NCBI GenBank assembly: GCA_030390025.1
Contig: CM059432.1
Location: 42,410,001-42,474,000 of the forward strand
Length of the DNA stretch: 64,000 bases
Direction of reading: 5' to 3'
Source of the DNA: Squalus acanthias
Taxonomy: Eukaryota
The stretch's first letter is position 1. Every line of letters begins with the position of its first letter. Position numbers and translations under genes: made by a program. Below the pieces are notes generated by a model. It was not told the DNA's origin, ran no database searches, and saw nothing but the letters and a program-made list of their open reading frames with translations. Below are positions 51,395-64,000 of this stretch, one piece after another.

Positions 51395-53298
51395 AGATGT
51401 TGTGGTAAATGGCTGTTTTTCAGACTGGAGGATGGTAGTCAGTGGTGTTCCCCAAGGGTCAGTGCTGGGGCCACTGCTTTTTTTGATATATATAAATGAC
51501 CTGGATATTGGAATACAGAATAGAATTTCTAAATTTGCCGATGACACCAAACTTGGGGGTGCGGCAAACAGTGAGGATGCTACCAATCGACTGCAGCAGG
51601 ACATAGAAAGGCTAGCAGAATGGGTAGACAAGTGGCAGATGGAATTTAATGCAGAGAAGTGTGAGGTGATGCATTTTGGCAGAAGGAACAGGGAGAGACA
51701 ATATACACTTAGGGGTAAAAATTCAGTTGGTTGCGCCTCCCGTTAGCGCCTTAAGAGGGCGCTAATGGGGCGCAAAGCCGCTAACGCCCGGGCGCAGCGA
51801 TGTTTGCGCCGCTCGGGAACTTAACTTGAGATTGTGCGGCGGCGCTAAACTTTACCGCTGCGACCACCTGCGCGCGCAGATTGTGACGTCATTCCATGGT
51901 GCAACGCCCTTGTGGCGCCCCGGAGCGGAAATTGAGTGGCGCCCCCTGCCTTACCGCCTGGCGCATCCAACGACCAGAAGACTGGAACGCTATCAATCGC
52001 TGTGGGGCTGGGGGGGGGGCGCTATTTAAAGGGGGCCTCTTCCTGTCTTTTATTGTTGGTGGCATTTTTGAACTACGCATTCTGAGAGAGAGAGGGAGAG
52101 ACTTCTGGAGAGATTCAACGTTGTGTGAAGGAGTTTTGGGTACTGAGCAGCACTTTGCAGGTTCATTTTGATTTGCCATTCCTTGTATCGATTTAGCAGA
52201 GACTGTGGGAGCTGCACTCTGAGCTCTTTGCCTGGTACTCTCCATTGTTCTTTCCAGCACATTTGATGTGCAAGTCTCTCCAGGCCGAGATTCAAGGCTG
52301 CAATGAACAGGATGTGGATGGAAAGCAAGATTAACCATCCCCTTTAAGAACTGGCCCGTGCCATTGTGTGTGTGTTCCATTGCTGACTGACATTACATGA
52401 GCTTCGCCAGCGCTCTGAGTTAGCGCCTGATTTAGCGCTCCACTCACCTCCCGGGGCGGTAAAAGTGAAGTTTCCAGTCAGTGCCGATAATTAGCGCCAG
52501 GCGCTAATATTTGCGTCCAGACGATATTTGCGCCCCAAATGGGGCGCGACCTAATTTCTACTCCTTAATGGCATAGTTTTAAAAAGTGTGCAGGGACAGA
52601 GGGACCTGGGAGTTAATGCGTATAGGTCCCTGAAGGTGGCAGGACATATTGAGAGAGTGGTTAGCAAAGCATATGGGATCTTGGGCTTCATAAATAGAGG
52701 TATTGAGTACAAAAGTAGAGAAGTTATGCTGAACCTTTATAAAGCGCTGGTTAGGCCACAACTGGAGTATTGCATCCAGTTCTGGTCATCACACTTTAGG
52801 AAGGATGTGAAGGCCCTTGAGAGGGTGCAGAGGAGATTTATCAGAATGGTTCTGGGGATGGGGGATCTTAGATAGAAGGACAGGTTGGAGAAGCTGGATT
52901 TGTTTTCATTAGAGCAAAGGAGGTTGAGGGGTGATTTGATAGAGGTGTACAAGATTATGACCGGTTAGGCTAGACGGGGAAAGGCTATTCACACTAGTTG
53001 ATGGTACAAGGACTAGGGGTCACAGATTTAAGATTTTGGGCAAGAGATACAGGGGGGACGTGAGGAAAAACTTTTTTACGCAGCAGGTGGTGATGACCTG
53101 GAATTCACTGCCGACGGAAGTGGTGGAAGCGGAGACACTCAATGTTTACAAGGGGAGACTGGATAGGCACTTGAGGGAAATAAACTTGCAGGGTTACGGG
53201 GATAGAGCGTGGGAATGGGATGGACTGGATTGCTCTACAGAGAGCCGGAATGGACTCGATGGGTCGAATGGCCTCCTTCTGTGCCGTTATGACTCTAT
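51395..53298 (+). mobile_element. CR1 LINE 3' part, interrupted by a family Y MITE
   Basis: ORFs 51375-51746, 52588-52875 and 53036-53422 give successive CR1 ORF2 motifs; GACTCTAT tail. Confidence 0.92.
51712..52564 (+). mobile_element. Non-autonomous Harbinger element, family Y
   Basis: TTA TSD inside CR1; almost identical to 47172-48065 apart from a 42-bp deletion. Confidence 0.93.
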
Positions 53299-54984
53299 GG
53301 GCTCGATTTTTATTTTTATAGTCCTGAGGAGGCGGGTTTGGAGGCGTGTCAGCTGCGAAAATTGGAAAAAGTGGCTTCAGACACCCAACCCGTCTCCATC
53401 CTGCCCCCACGCATTTTCGTGAGGGTCGGGTCAGCCGCTCCCAAACTGACCCGACTCCAACCGGTGGGACAGGTAGTTAAGGCAGTAAGAGCCTGTTAAC
53501 TGCCTTGCTAATCCTATTTTGATGGAGGTTTCCCATTTTCGTGCCTCTGGCTCCTGTTTCCCGTCTTGTCAGAAACAGTCCTGCTGCAAGGAGACGAGTT
53601 GGTGGAGGACATGATCTGTAGTCATTGGTGCAGAACTTTAAAAGCGCTCCTGTAACATGGCTGGCATTCAAATGCAACAACTTTGTTGTTGGAGGTTTGG
53701 GATAAGATTTTGCAAATCTACTGACCTTGTGACTGTTCAAGCTGACACACATCTGCTGTTTGAACTGATTGGAATAATTTCAGGCCACTTTGAGTGTGCG
53801 CTGGCAAGCTTCTTGCCTCAACTGAAATCTATAACAACGGGATGGGAGCCATTTACATCCTCTCATCCTGGACGTCAGATTCGGAGGAAGAGCAGCACGG
53901 CTTAGTGCTGCCGGATGAACAAGTGGCTCAGCACACAGCCTCCTTGGAGGAAGATGAAGAGGACGAGGAAGAGGACGAGGAGGAGGATGAGTAGGAGGAC
54001 GGGGAGTGATGCCTTGCGGGGCCGGATGTGGCCAATCCAGCAGCAGGCGACCACATTGATGGCCGTCAGGCAAGGGATGCACTCAGCCATGCCAGATTCG
54101 CATAAGCTTATGCTTCAACCACAGGTGACTGGCACATGGAGATGAATATAAGTCCGACAGTCTCAAACCCCAGGCATCATCTGTCCAATAAATGGTGGTT
54201 TGCGCTCAGTGTCACCACCAACATTGTACATGGAAATCACCCTGAGCCCTCACTCTTGAACTTCCATGTCCCAGAACACAGAGGCCACACTTTAGGTGAT
54301 CTCAGCAGATCATTAAACCTTTTTCAACACTAAACCCATGTGCATCTGCACTCAGACATTGAGCTCACCTCCTCAGCAATTTGCAGCCAAGCTGCCTTGG
54401 TTTGCTGAGGAGGCCTCCTCCTTCCGTTTCCAGGGAAGAGGAGCTCCTGACGTCCTCTAACTCCCTCCACAAGAGCATGGAGAGAGTCCTCATTGAACCT
54501 GGGTGCAGCCTTAGTTTTGGAGCTGCCATTCCAGCACCTTTAAGAGAAAAAAGCATTAATATTACTAAGCAAATGATTGGAACACATCTGGCATCTTTTT
54601 CATTTCATAGTCAGATAATAAAGTCATATCAAAACATCATGAATCTCTTTCTGGAATAATATGATCAGCAACATCATTCATTAAATTTTGTTCAAATCAG
54701 ATGCTGTCAACTCACCTTTCAAGATAATAAAGCACCAATCCATCCAATGACATTTGTATGCAAAGGGGACATGGCCCCTTTAAATTTTCAAACAAACAAC
54801 GAGTCATCAGACGCGAGAAACTGACATCCTCCAAGCAATTGCCTGGAGGGACCCGCACATCGGCTGTAACGAGGCCAATGAAGCCACAATCGGAAGTGCT
54901 GGGAGGTGGCAGCCGGGTGCGGGTCCGAAAGCTGCCAAGCAGCGGGCCCGCCCTCAACCCGCCACCGTTATTAAAATCGAGCCC
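53299..54984. mobile_element. Internally deleted Harbinger-type element
   Basis: 12-bp TIR GGGCTCGATTTT / AAAATCGAGCCC; TAT/TAG flanks within the CR1 (GACTCTAT)n tail; acidic coding-like remnant at 53940-54000. Confidence 0.75.
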
Positions 54985-55104
54985 TAGGACTCTATGACTC
55001 GATGTATAATGGGTGGGTGATCCAACATCGCCCATTTTACACTATTGTCCAAAGTCAAAATTATCTCCATGTATAGTTTGGTGGACTTGATCACAAAACG
55101 TAGA

Positions 55105-55458
55105 CTGATACTCCGGTGCAGTACTGCCGGAGGTGCCGTCTTTTGGACAAGACATTAAACTAGGTCCCGTCTGCTCTCTCAGGTGGATATAAAATATTAC
55201 ATGGCACTATTTCAAAGAAGAGCAGGGGAGTTATCCCCGGGTGTCCTAGCCAACATTTATCAATCAACATCACAAAAAAACAGATTATCTGGTCATTATC
55301 ACATTGCTGTTTCTTGGAATCTTGCTGTGCACAAATTAGCTGCGGCATTTCCTACATTACAACAGTGACTCCACTCCACAACCACTTCATTGACTGTAAA
55401 GCGCTTTGGGATGTTATGAGGTCATGAAAGGTGCTATATAAATGCAGGTCTTTCTTTT
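55105..55458 (+). mobile_element. Deu-domain SINE, 5'-truncated
   Basis: Matches 57650-58012. Confidence 0.88.
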
Positions 55459-55552
55459 ATTTTCCTTCATTTTCATTTTCAGCAGGAGGCAATCAGAAGG
55501 GGTGTACAACGGGTGGCTGATCGACAACCGCCAGTATTCCCAAAGTACAATT

Positions 55553-56041
55553 GGGGTAGATTTTAACCATCGGGCGGCTGACTGACGGAGCGTGGTGGTC
55601 GGTCACCTGATCCTGCCAGCGGGAGGCCCAATCCATTTTATAACCATGCCAAACGGGCACCTCGCTGCAGCTTGCCACCCCAGGCTGACACAATATTAAG
55701 CAGCACAGAGGCCAACCGCTCCAGCAGGAAGATAGATCTGAGGGGGGGAGGGGGTGGGTGGAGGATATCGCAGAGGTGGGGGTGGCGGCCTGGTGGCTCA
55801 TCAGCCCACATTATTCTTGTGGCGCCTTGAGGAGCACTTCAGTTTTATTCCCCACCTGCACCAGATGGGACCATCTCCGTTATTATTAAGTTCCTTTTCA
55901 CATAAGAGACTACACGTTCTCCCAGTTTGGCTTTTCTATCTCTACAACGTCAATGGAAAAGAAACTCGGGCGGAGTGCAAAGCGGGCTGCCGATTCGCTA
56001 TCACCCATTTTGCGCTACCGCCCATGATGAATTTCCGCCCC
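55553..56041. mobile_element. Old MITE
   Basis: Ends GGGGTAGATTTTAACCATCGGGCGG / CCGCCCATGATGAATTTCCGCCCC. Confidence 0.6.
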
Positions 56042-57551
56042 AAAGTGTTCCATCAAAGCGGAGAATCAGCTATAAGGTCAGTAAATACCATGCATTCAAG
56101 TTTCTGCCACTGATCTCATTTTGTGATTGTGATTTTCTTACCAGTTGATTTTTCTCACCTCCATGTGTACCATCACTTTTACTGCAAATATCTTTTGTTC
56201 GAAAAGCACGCAAAAGTAGGTGTTTTATAATATTTATTACTCTTTAAGCTTTCACAAACTAATGATAGAGCAGGGAGGAACTTTGACCTATTAACAGGGC
56301 AAGGCAAGTGAAAGATCTGATTCCGATTTCTTGGTTTTAATTAGCTGCACCAAGAAGAAAAAAATACATAACATTTTTTCTTGTCTGTTCCAGCTGAAAA
56401 AGTTTAAGCAGCATCTGTTTTTGATTTTCAATTCGGCTTACAGCCTGGAATTGTTATGTGCACATCTGCATTCTTGGACTTACTTACTTTAACACACATT
56501 TTCCCATAAAACTAAAAATGGCATTTCACACAAAAAAGATTTTCACCTGATTATGTTTCTTATGAAGACTTTAGGCATCGACAAATAAGTCATAATGCAT
56601 GATGTCTGTGGTGTCAGGCCTAGCATTCTCCACATGTTCATACTGGCTTTCTTGTAGTGTAACACACAAAGCAGCCAGACTAGGAAAAGCAAACTTGGTC
56701 AGCATTAAATACATTTTAGTTTGTTTATGTTCAGGAATTTGATTTGTTGCTACAGATGTCGTATACTTTTACATTGGGGTTGAACTGATGCACGCCATGT
56801 ATGTAAGAAAAACTTATGTAAATATTCAACAGTTATGGACATACCTAATTTTCAATTACATTCACATAAAATAAATACATTTGTCAATCTGACTCTTAAA
56901 ATGGAGCCGTCTATTGACATAATATGGGCAAGTGACTAGGGGGCAGAAATTAGTCTGGGCGCCCCCAAACCTAGACACCCGAGGAGCGATAGAAATTGTT
57001 CCTAAGCCTCAGCTACATACTCGGGGTGAGCTGTCAGTGCTGGCCGCAGCTTTACAGGCAGCTCACTCGACGAGAAAAAACAATTGAGGGCTGCCTGCCT
57101 TGCCGACAGCAGCTCTCAGGTAAGTCCTGGGAGTGCAAAAGATCATGGAGTTTTAAGCGCAAATTACATCCGGCGCAAATCGAGTTTCTGAGATCTTTTG
57201 CGCTGGTTTAAAAAACATCACACTAGAAGCTGGCCCCGCCCACAAAGCTGGCCACGCACCCAGATCGAATGAATCACCATTCGAGCTTCTGCTAATTGCG
57301 CCCGTTTGCAGGCGCAAGGATACCAATAGGCACTTTTTAAAAGCTTTTTTAATTTTTTAAAAATTTACTAAGAAACTGACTCCTGTACACCAATGTAACT
57401 AGCAAATGGTTCTGTCTAGTTTTTTTTAAAGTCATTTTCAGTTATTTAAAATAGGTTAACTCAGAGGTGGTGGACTAGAAACTCTGATTAAAAATGCTTA
57501 TTTTTTGCAATAACACTCTCTGAGTAAAGAAATTTCTCCTTATCTCCTATA

Positions 57552-58012
57552 TGTCAGCTGTGGCTCAGTTGATAGCACACTTGCCTCTGAGTCAGAAGGT
57601 TGTGGGTTCATAGTCCCACTCCAGGGACTTGAGCACATAAAGCTAGGCTAACACTCCAGTGCAGTGCTGAGGGAGTACTGCACTGTCGGAGGTGTTGTAT
57701 TTCGGATGAGACATTAAACCGAGGCCCCTGTCTGCTCTCTCAGGTGGATGTAAAAGATCCCTATTTCGAAGAAGAGCAGGGGAGTTATCCCTGGTGTCCT
57801 GGTCAATATTTATCCCTCAACCAACATAACAGAAACAGATTATCTGGTCATTATCACATTGCTGTTTGTGGGAGCTTGCTGTGTGTAAATTGGCTGCTGT
57901 GTTTCCCACATTACAACAGTGACTCCACTTCAAAAAAGTACTTCATTGGCTGTAAAGCGCTTTGAGATGTCCGGTGGTCGTGAAAGGTGCTATATAAATG
58001 CAATTCTTTCTT
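57552..58012 (+). mobile_element. Near full-length Deu-domain tRNA-derived SINE (SacSINE1-like)
   Basis: A-box TGGCTCAGTTG, B-box-like GGTTCA(T)AGTCC, Deu core, L2-like tail GCTATATAAATGCAA. Confidence 0.9.
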
Positions 58013-58014
58013 TT

Positions 58015-59118
58015 ATGAGTTTTGGATTCTCCCACAAGTGGAAACATTGGCCCAGAAATTGATCTCGCTCTGTTCCCGCGGGGGTAAGCCTTCCCCGCGA
58101 TCTCTCACCTCGCTTGTGCTTTTTCAGATCCAGCTCGCACGAACTTGATGTTCCAGACATCAGCCGGGCAATGCTTGCGTATCCCACCGGCGTAGTGAAT
58201 TCGTGCGAGCTGTGGGATCACATGACTCAGTTAGAGCCAATGGCAGCACACCATCTTCCATTCATAAGTTTCACAGCACGGCTGTGAAATCTATGAATCT
58301 TACACCCCCCCAAAATAACAGCTAAACCTCAATTAAATTAAAAAAAAAACCATCACATTAATAAAATAAGTATAGTTAAATAAATTAACCATTTTAAATA
58401 AAAAATTAAATTTTTGAAAAAAATCTTTTAAAAAGTTATAAAAATAAACTTACCTGTCTTTAAAGTCTCTAAAAAAGATATACCTGTAAAAAAAAATTCA
58501 AAAAAATACTTAATTCACTACTTACCTTGTTAAAAGTGGGTCTTACTCCTCCTTTTTACATTTCTAAAATCTTCAGTACTTACCTGCGCGTCCAAAGCAT
58601 GAAGTGCACAGCGTGCGCGCAGCCTGTAGCGCGCACGCGATGCAACGAGGAACCGCCCCCTTTTCAAAAGAGCAATTGCCGGTTTTCAGCGCATGTGCAG
58701 GGCATGCAGAAAACCGGCAATTGCAGAGGGAATACGCGAGAATACGCAGTGCGTACTCTCGCGCACCGGGATGAATTTTTGGGCCATTCTCTCCATATCT
58801 ACCCTGTCCAACCCATTCATAATTTTAAAGACCTCTATCAGGTTACCTCTAAGTCTTCTCTTTTCTAAAGAATTCACCCCAACCTGTTCAATCTTTCCCA
58901 ATAGCTTTATCCTCTCAGTTCTGGTACCATCCTTGTGAATCTTTTTTGCACTTTTTCAGTGCTTCTGTGTCCTTTTTATAGTAAGGAGACCAGAACTCTG
59001 CACAGTACTCTTAAGTGCGGCCTGACCAGTTCCTATACAAGTTTAACATAACTTCACTACTTTTGAATTCTATACCCCCTAGAAATAAATCCCAGTGCTT
59101 TGTTAGCATTTTTAACAG
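58015..59118 (-). mobile_element. CR1 LINE fragment interrupted by family X copy D
   Basis: SLEKRRLRGNLIEVFKIMNGLDRVD peptide; sequence is continuous across the insertion. Confidence 0.85.
58049..58785 (-). mobile_element. Non-autonomous DNA transposon, family X copy D (subfamily 2)
   Basis: TIR GGCCCA(G/A)AAATT; ATT TSD, supported by the uninterrupted CR1 homolog near 5575-5600. Confidence 0.92.
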
Positions 59119-59714
59119 TCCTTCAACGGGGAGTGGGGCCCCTTAATAACACAATCAAGGGACCTAACGCCTGTTTTAGGTGTCCACCCGCAGATTTGGT
59201 GCCGGCCGTCCCACTGATAAATTTGTATGCTTTGTACCCATTTTATGCCCAGAAAACGGGCACAAAGCATACCAATTTCCACCCCTACGTGTGCAAGAAG
59301 ACCTGCATTTTGAAAGCACAAGTGAATAGACATTTTCATCTAGCCAAAAACATTAATATATAACTTATGGCACTGTCTGGCCCACAGTATAATGCTTTCC
59401 AAATGTTATGTCTTATTATAATATAGCATTGGATTGGTTTTCAAAATATGAATGTTGTAAATTCAGGTATTTACAACATCTGTATTCTTCTCTTTAAAGA
59501 TTACCTAAATGCCAATGTTGCTTTAAATGCTTATATTCAGACAACAACATTATTTGCTAAAATAAAGCAGTCCTCGGTTATAATACACTTCTCATTTTGA
59601 CTGAAGTTTTGGCTGGCTCCCAAAACCTACGTATTGAAGATCTGCTATATATTTTTAACATACATAGCTGTAATCATCAACTGCAGTCAATATTTGTATA
59701 ATTAATACAACATA

Positions 59715-60310
59715 ATGGCAACAACTTACATTCATATAACACCTTTGATGTAAAAACATCCCAAGACACTCCACAAATGAAAAGCAGACACTGAGCCATG
59801 GAAGGAGAGATTAGAGAGGCAACCAGAAGCTTTTTTGTAAAGATTTTTAAATGGAGAATAGAGAGGTGGGTGAATTTAGGAAAGACTTCCAGAGAGTGGG
59901 GCCAAAGTGCCTGAAGACTCATCCACTAATAGTGGGGCAAATGTCAGAAAACTGGATAAAAGGCAAGAGTCAGAGGACTGAAGGGTGTGAGGGCTAGCAA
60001 TATAAAGCTGGAGGATGAAGTCAATGAAAAGGGAGTGGAGCATATGACAGTGGCTAAAAACGATGGCTTCAGTGTTGTAAAAGTTAATTTGGAGGAAGTT
60101 GTGGCTCACTTACGACTTCACGTCGGACAGACAACCTGACAGCGCAGAGATGGTCAAGAGAAGTAGTGCAGAGGTAGAGTTGGGTGTCATCGGCCTACAT
60201 GTGGAAGCTGATCCAGTGCCTGCGATGATGTCACCGAGGTGCAGCATGTAAATGCGGAAAAGGAGGGAGCCAAAAATAGAACATGGGGAATTTCAGAGGT
60301 GATAGTGTGG
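59715..60310 (-). mobile_element. Degraded L2 LINE
   Basis: MSHNFLQINFYNTEAIVF peptide and L2 tail; similar to 11600-11900 and 13500-13800. Confidence 0.75.
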
Positions 60311-60954
60311 GAGCATATATTATAATTTATTGGAAAATGTAGAAAAAGAAAAATATTTAGTCATCTCCTTCCATGCAGCCTACACCTGTGCTTTTACTGG
60401 AGGGCGACTTTCAGCCCCAGATAGGACCACCTTCCTTTGGTGCACCTGCAGGACCTCTAACTCTCTTGTATCAGAAAGAACAGTGTTGCCCACATGTATC
60501 TGTTGCATCATTGTGAGCAATTATTTTACTTTTCTGTCACCACAACTTACTCTTTAATGGTGAGCCGTAGTCCTTTAAGAGCTCCTGATTCACCAGATCG
60601 ATACTCCCCGGCCAAGGGTGCTACAGGCCGAGTTCTCTGGGCAAGACCTTTATTCAATTTAGGGAGAGAGATTCCCGTCCAAAAGATTTGGCGCGGACCA
60701 CCTGATCAGCATCATTGGGAATCTTATTTGCAGTTTTGGACATTCTACTTTTGAAAAATGATTGACATTTGGAGACTGTTCAGATAAAAGTAACTGGCAT
60801 GATTCTAGGACTCAAATCTCTGAGTTATGACAGTAGACTTGTAGAATTAAACATGTTTTCATTGCACAACAATGACAGCAGCCAATATTCAGACTTTTAA
60901 ATGGCAAAAAGCATAGACAATGTAGATATAACCAGCTTATCCAGCTTAACCAGC

Positions 60955-62531
60955 TTGTCCGATTGCGGTAATTATAGAGGAGCTTCCCTGCTGTCTGCCA
61001 CAGGGAAAGTCATCGCAAGAATCCTCCTCAATCACCTTCTCCCAGTGGCCGAAGAGCTCCTCCCAGAGTCGCAATGTGGATTCCGCCCACTAAGGGGCAC
61101 AATGGACATGATCTTCACCGCATGTCAATTACAAGAGAAATGCAGGGAACAGCACCAACCGCTGTACATGGCCTTCTTTGATCTCACAAAGGCCTTCGAC
61201 ACTGTCAACCGTGAAGGATTATGGAGTGTCCTCCTCAAATTCGGCTGCCCTCAATAGTTTGTCACCATCCTCCGCCTGTTTCACGACGACATGCAAGCCA
61301 TGATCCTGACCAACGATTCCACCACAGACCCAATTCACGTACGAACCGGGGTCAAGCAAGGCTGTGTCATCGCACCAACGCTCTTCTCGATCTTCCTTGC
61401 TGCAATGCTCCATCTCATCCTCAGTAAGCTCCCCGCTGGTGTGGAGCTAATTTACAAAACAAACAGGAAACTGTTCAACCTCCGTCGCCTCCAGTCCATA
61501 TCCAAGGTCGTCCCATCCTCTGTCGTCGAATTACAGTATGCAGACGATGCTTGCGTCTGCGCTTACTCAGAGGTCGAACTCCAAACCATCGTCAACACCT
61601 TCACCGAAGCATACGAGAGCATGGGCCTTACACTAAACATCCGTAAGACAAAGGTCCTCTACCAACCTGCCCCCGCCACACAGCACTGCTCCCCGATTAT
61701 CAAAATCCACGACAAGGCCTTGGACAACGTGGACCACTTTCCATACCTCGGAAGCCTACTGTCAACAAGGGCAGACGTCGACGACGAAGTCCAACACTGC
61801 CTTCAGTGTGCCAGTGCAACCTTCGGTCGCCTGAGGAAGAGAGTGTTTGAAGACCAGGACCTCAAACCCGGCACTAAGCTCATGGTCTACAGAGCAGCAG
61901 TGATACCCGCCCTGCTGTATGCCTCAGAGACATGGACCATGTACAGCAGGCACCTCAAAGCACTGGAGAGGTACCACCAACGCTGCCTCCGCAAGATCCT
62001 GCAAATACATTGGCAGGATAGGTGCACCAACGTCAGTGTTCTTGCTCAGGCCAACATCCCCAGCATCAAAGCTTTGACCACGCTCGATCAGCTCCGATGG
62101 ACGGGTCACATTGTCCGCATGCCTGATACGAGACTTCCAAAACAAGCGCTCTACTCGGAGCTCCGGCACGGCAAGAGAGCCCCAGGTGGGCAGAGGAAAT
62201 GCTTCAAGAACACCCTCAAAGCCTCCTTGAAAAAGTGTAACATCCCCACTGGCACCTGGGAATCCCTGGCCCAAGACCGCACAAAGTGGAGGAGAAGCAT
62301 CCGGGAAGGCACCGAACACCTCGAGTCTCTTCGCCGGCAGCCATGCGCAGGCAGCGCAAGGAGCGCACGTCAACCCAAGCACCCCACCCACCCGTCCCTT
62401 CAACCACCGTCTGCCCCACCTGTGTCAGAGACTGTAGGTCCCGCATTGGACTCATCAGTCACCTGCGAACTCATTTTTAATGTGGAAGCAAGTCATCCTC
62501 GGTTCCGAGGGACTGCCTAAGAAGAAGAAGA
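60955..62531 (+). mobile_element. RTE-clade (BovB-like) LINE, 5'-truncated RT
   Basis: CGNYRGASLLS, LPESQCGFR, FFDLTKAFDTV, GVKQGCVIAPTLF, QYADD, FPYLGS; in-frame stop at 61255; C-terminal CPTC..H..H; (AAG)n tail. Confidence 0.95.
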
Positions 62532-62679
62532 TCTAACTTGAACTATGATCATAATATTGGAGGGTGGTAAAATAGAGACATTTCAAACAAGGTAGTGTTG
62601 CTTGAGGGAAAAATTCGGCCTGGAGAAAAACTTCTTAATTTTCTTCAAATGCTGCCATGGGATCTAAACATCCACCTTA

Positions 62680-63109
62680 TTCAGAAGGTTGTGGGTTCAA
62701 GTCCCACTCCAGAGCCTTAAGCACAAAAATCTAGGCTGACACTCCAGTGCAGTGCTGAGGGTGTGCTGCACTGTCGGAGGTGCTACTTTTCAGATGAGAC
62801 GTTAAACCAAGGTCCTGTCTCCTCTCTCAGGTGGATGTAAAAGATCCCATGGCACTATTTCAAAGAAGAGCAGAGGAGTTATCGCCGGTGTCCTGACCAA
62901 TATTTATCCCTCAATCAACATAACAAAAAACAGATTATCTGGTCATTATCACACTGCTGTTTTTGGGAGCTTGCTGCATGTAAATTGCTGCCGCGTTTCC
63001 TACATTATAACAGTGACTACACTTCAAAAATACTTCATTGCCGATAAAGTGCTTTGGGATATCTTGAGGTTGTGAAAGGTGCTATATAAACGCAAGTCCT
63101 TCTTTCTTT
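62680..63109 (+). mobile_element. Deu-domain SINE
   Basis: B-box GGTTCAAGTCC, Deu core and tail as in 57552-58012. Confidence 0.9.
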
Positions 63110-63155
63110 TGAACAGGAGACCGGGTTTTGGCTTAATATCTCATAAAAAGACAAC

Positions 63156-63895
63156 GGGGTAAAAATTCACTTGGTTGCGCCTCCCGTTAGCGCCTTAAGA
63201 GGGCGCTAATGGGGCGTTAAGCCGCTAACGCCCGGGCGCAGCGCTGTTTGCGCCGCTCGAGAACTTAACTTGAGATTGTGCGGCGGCGCTAAAACTTACC
63301 GCTGCGACCACCTGCGCGCGCAGATTGTGACGTCATTCCATGGTGCAACGCCCTTGGGGCGCCCCGGAGCGGAAATTGAGTGGCGCCCCCTGCCTTACTG
63401 CCTGCCGCTTCCAACGACCGGAAGACTGGAACGTTATCAATCGGTGTGGGGCTGGGGGGGGCGCTATTTAAAGGGGGCCTCTTCCTGTCTTTTTCTGTGG
63501 TCGACATTTATGCACCACTCGTTCTGAGAGAGAGAGAGAGATTCGGAGAGAGAGAGAGAGAGACTTCTACATTGACTCAACGCTTTGTGAGGTAGTTTTG
63601 CCTATTCATCCTAATTTTGTTGCTACTTTAGTTGCTGTACCTCATTACTTTTCTGGCAAAGAGAATATGGGGGCTGCAATGATTGGGGGCGTCGTCCTGC
63701 TCCAGCTGAATCGGAGGATACAGAGACGCAGACAGAGAGTGGCAATGATGGCCAGACGGAGGAGGGCCATCAGGCGCATGCACAGGAGAGCTTACCCTCC
63801 CAGGGTATATCGTGAACAGCTCTCCTACATCCATATGTCCGAGGAGCTGTGTTTGCGGAGGCTGCGATTCAGCAAGGAGGTGGTCACTGAGCTTC
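63156..63895 (+). mobile_element. 5' end of a coding Harbinger element related to family Y
   Basis: Same TIR and first ~400 bp as family Y, followed by a transposase N-terminus. Confidence 0.85.
63667..63892 (+). pseudogene. Harbinger (HARBI1-like) transposase N-terminus, truncated
   Basis: MGAAM...RRRR..YPPRVYREQLSYIHMSEELCLRRLRFSKEVVTEL; similarity ends near 63892. Confidence 0.78.
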
Positions 63896-64000
63896 TAGGG
63901 CCCCTGCCATTGCTACAAACACTAATCAACCCAGCACGCAACCCCTGAGCCGGCCAAGGCACCAATAATTCCAACCACCAACCATGTATATTTTGAATAC

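Noticed and set aside
51889..52380. Recurrent ORFs in family Y (also 47453-47839 and 19984-20364) as a novel protein family
   Set aside because: They recur because the element is repeated; lengths and ends differ between copies and no domain is evident
60549..60705. Possible minus-strand exon ending in AGA|GTAAGT with an open frame
   Set aside because: Weak acceptor, unrecognised peptide, and the opposite strand is open too
61291..62520. Longest ORF (409 aa) as a host gene
   Set aside because: It is RTE reverse transcriptase with an upstream stop and a 3' frameshift
1..64000. Prokaryotic systems (CRISPR, retrons, operons)
   Set aside because: No repeat-spacer arrays or operon-like gene density; all RT sequences are eukaryotic retroelements

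Overview
Vertebrate genomic DNA, very probably from a cartilaginous fish (shark), inferred from its repeats: an HE1-like V-SINE, Deu-domain (SacSINE1-like) SINEs and HER1/CR1-type LINEs. No host protein-coding exon could be recognised with confidence, so the window looks intergenic or deep-intronic. Every ORF I could assign to a family is a transposon fragment. Retroelements present: CR1-group, L2, RTE and Vingi-like LINEs, SINEs, and Penelope-like elements with inverted pseudo-LTRs carrying minimal hammerhead ribozymes. DNA transposons: a dense PIF/Harbinger-type set, comprising transposase and Myb/SANT remnants plus two young non-autonomous families. Most notable: (i) a ~750-bp non-autonomous family with AWT target duplications, palindromes that covary between subfamilies, housekeeping-promoter motifs and a same-strand cluster of consensus 5' splice sites; (ii) a 156-bp Penelope palindrome whose two arms start at the predicted hammerhead cleavage site; (iii) a Harbinger MITE that seems to keep both inward-facing promoters. 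All family names come from recognised motifs, not database searches. Boundaries of old elements are approximate.
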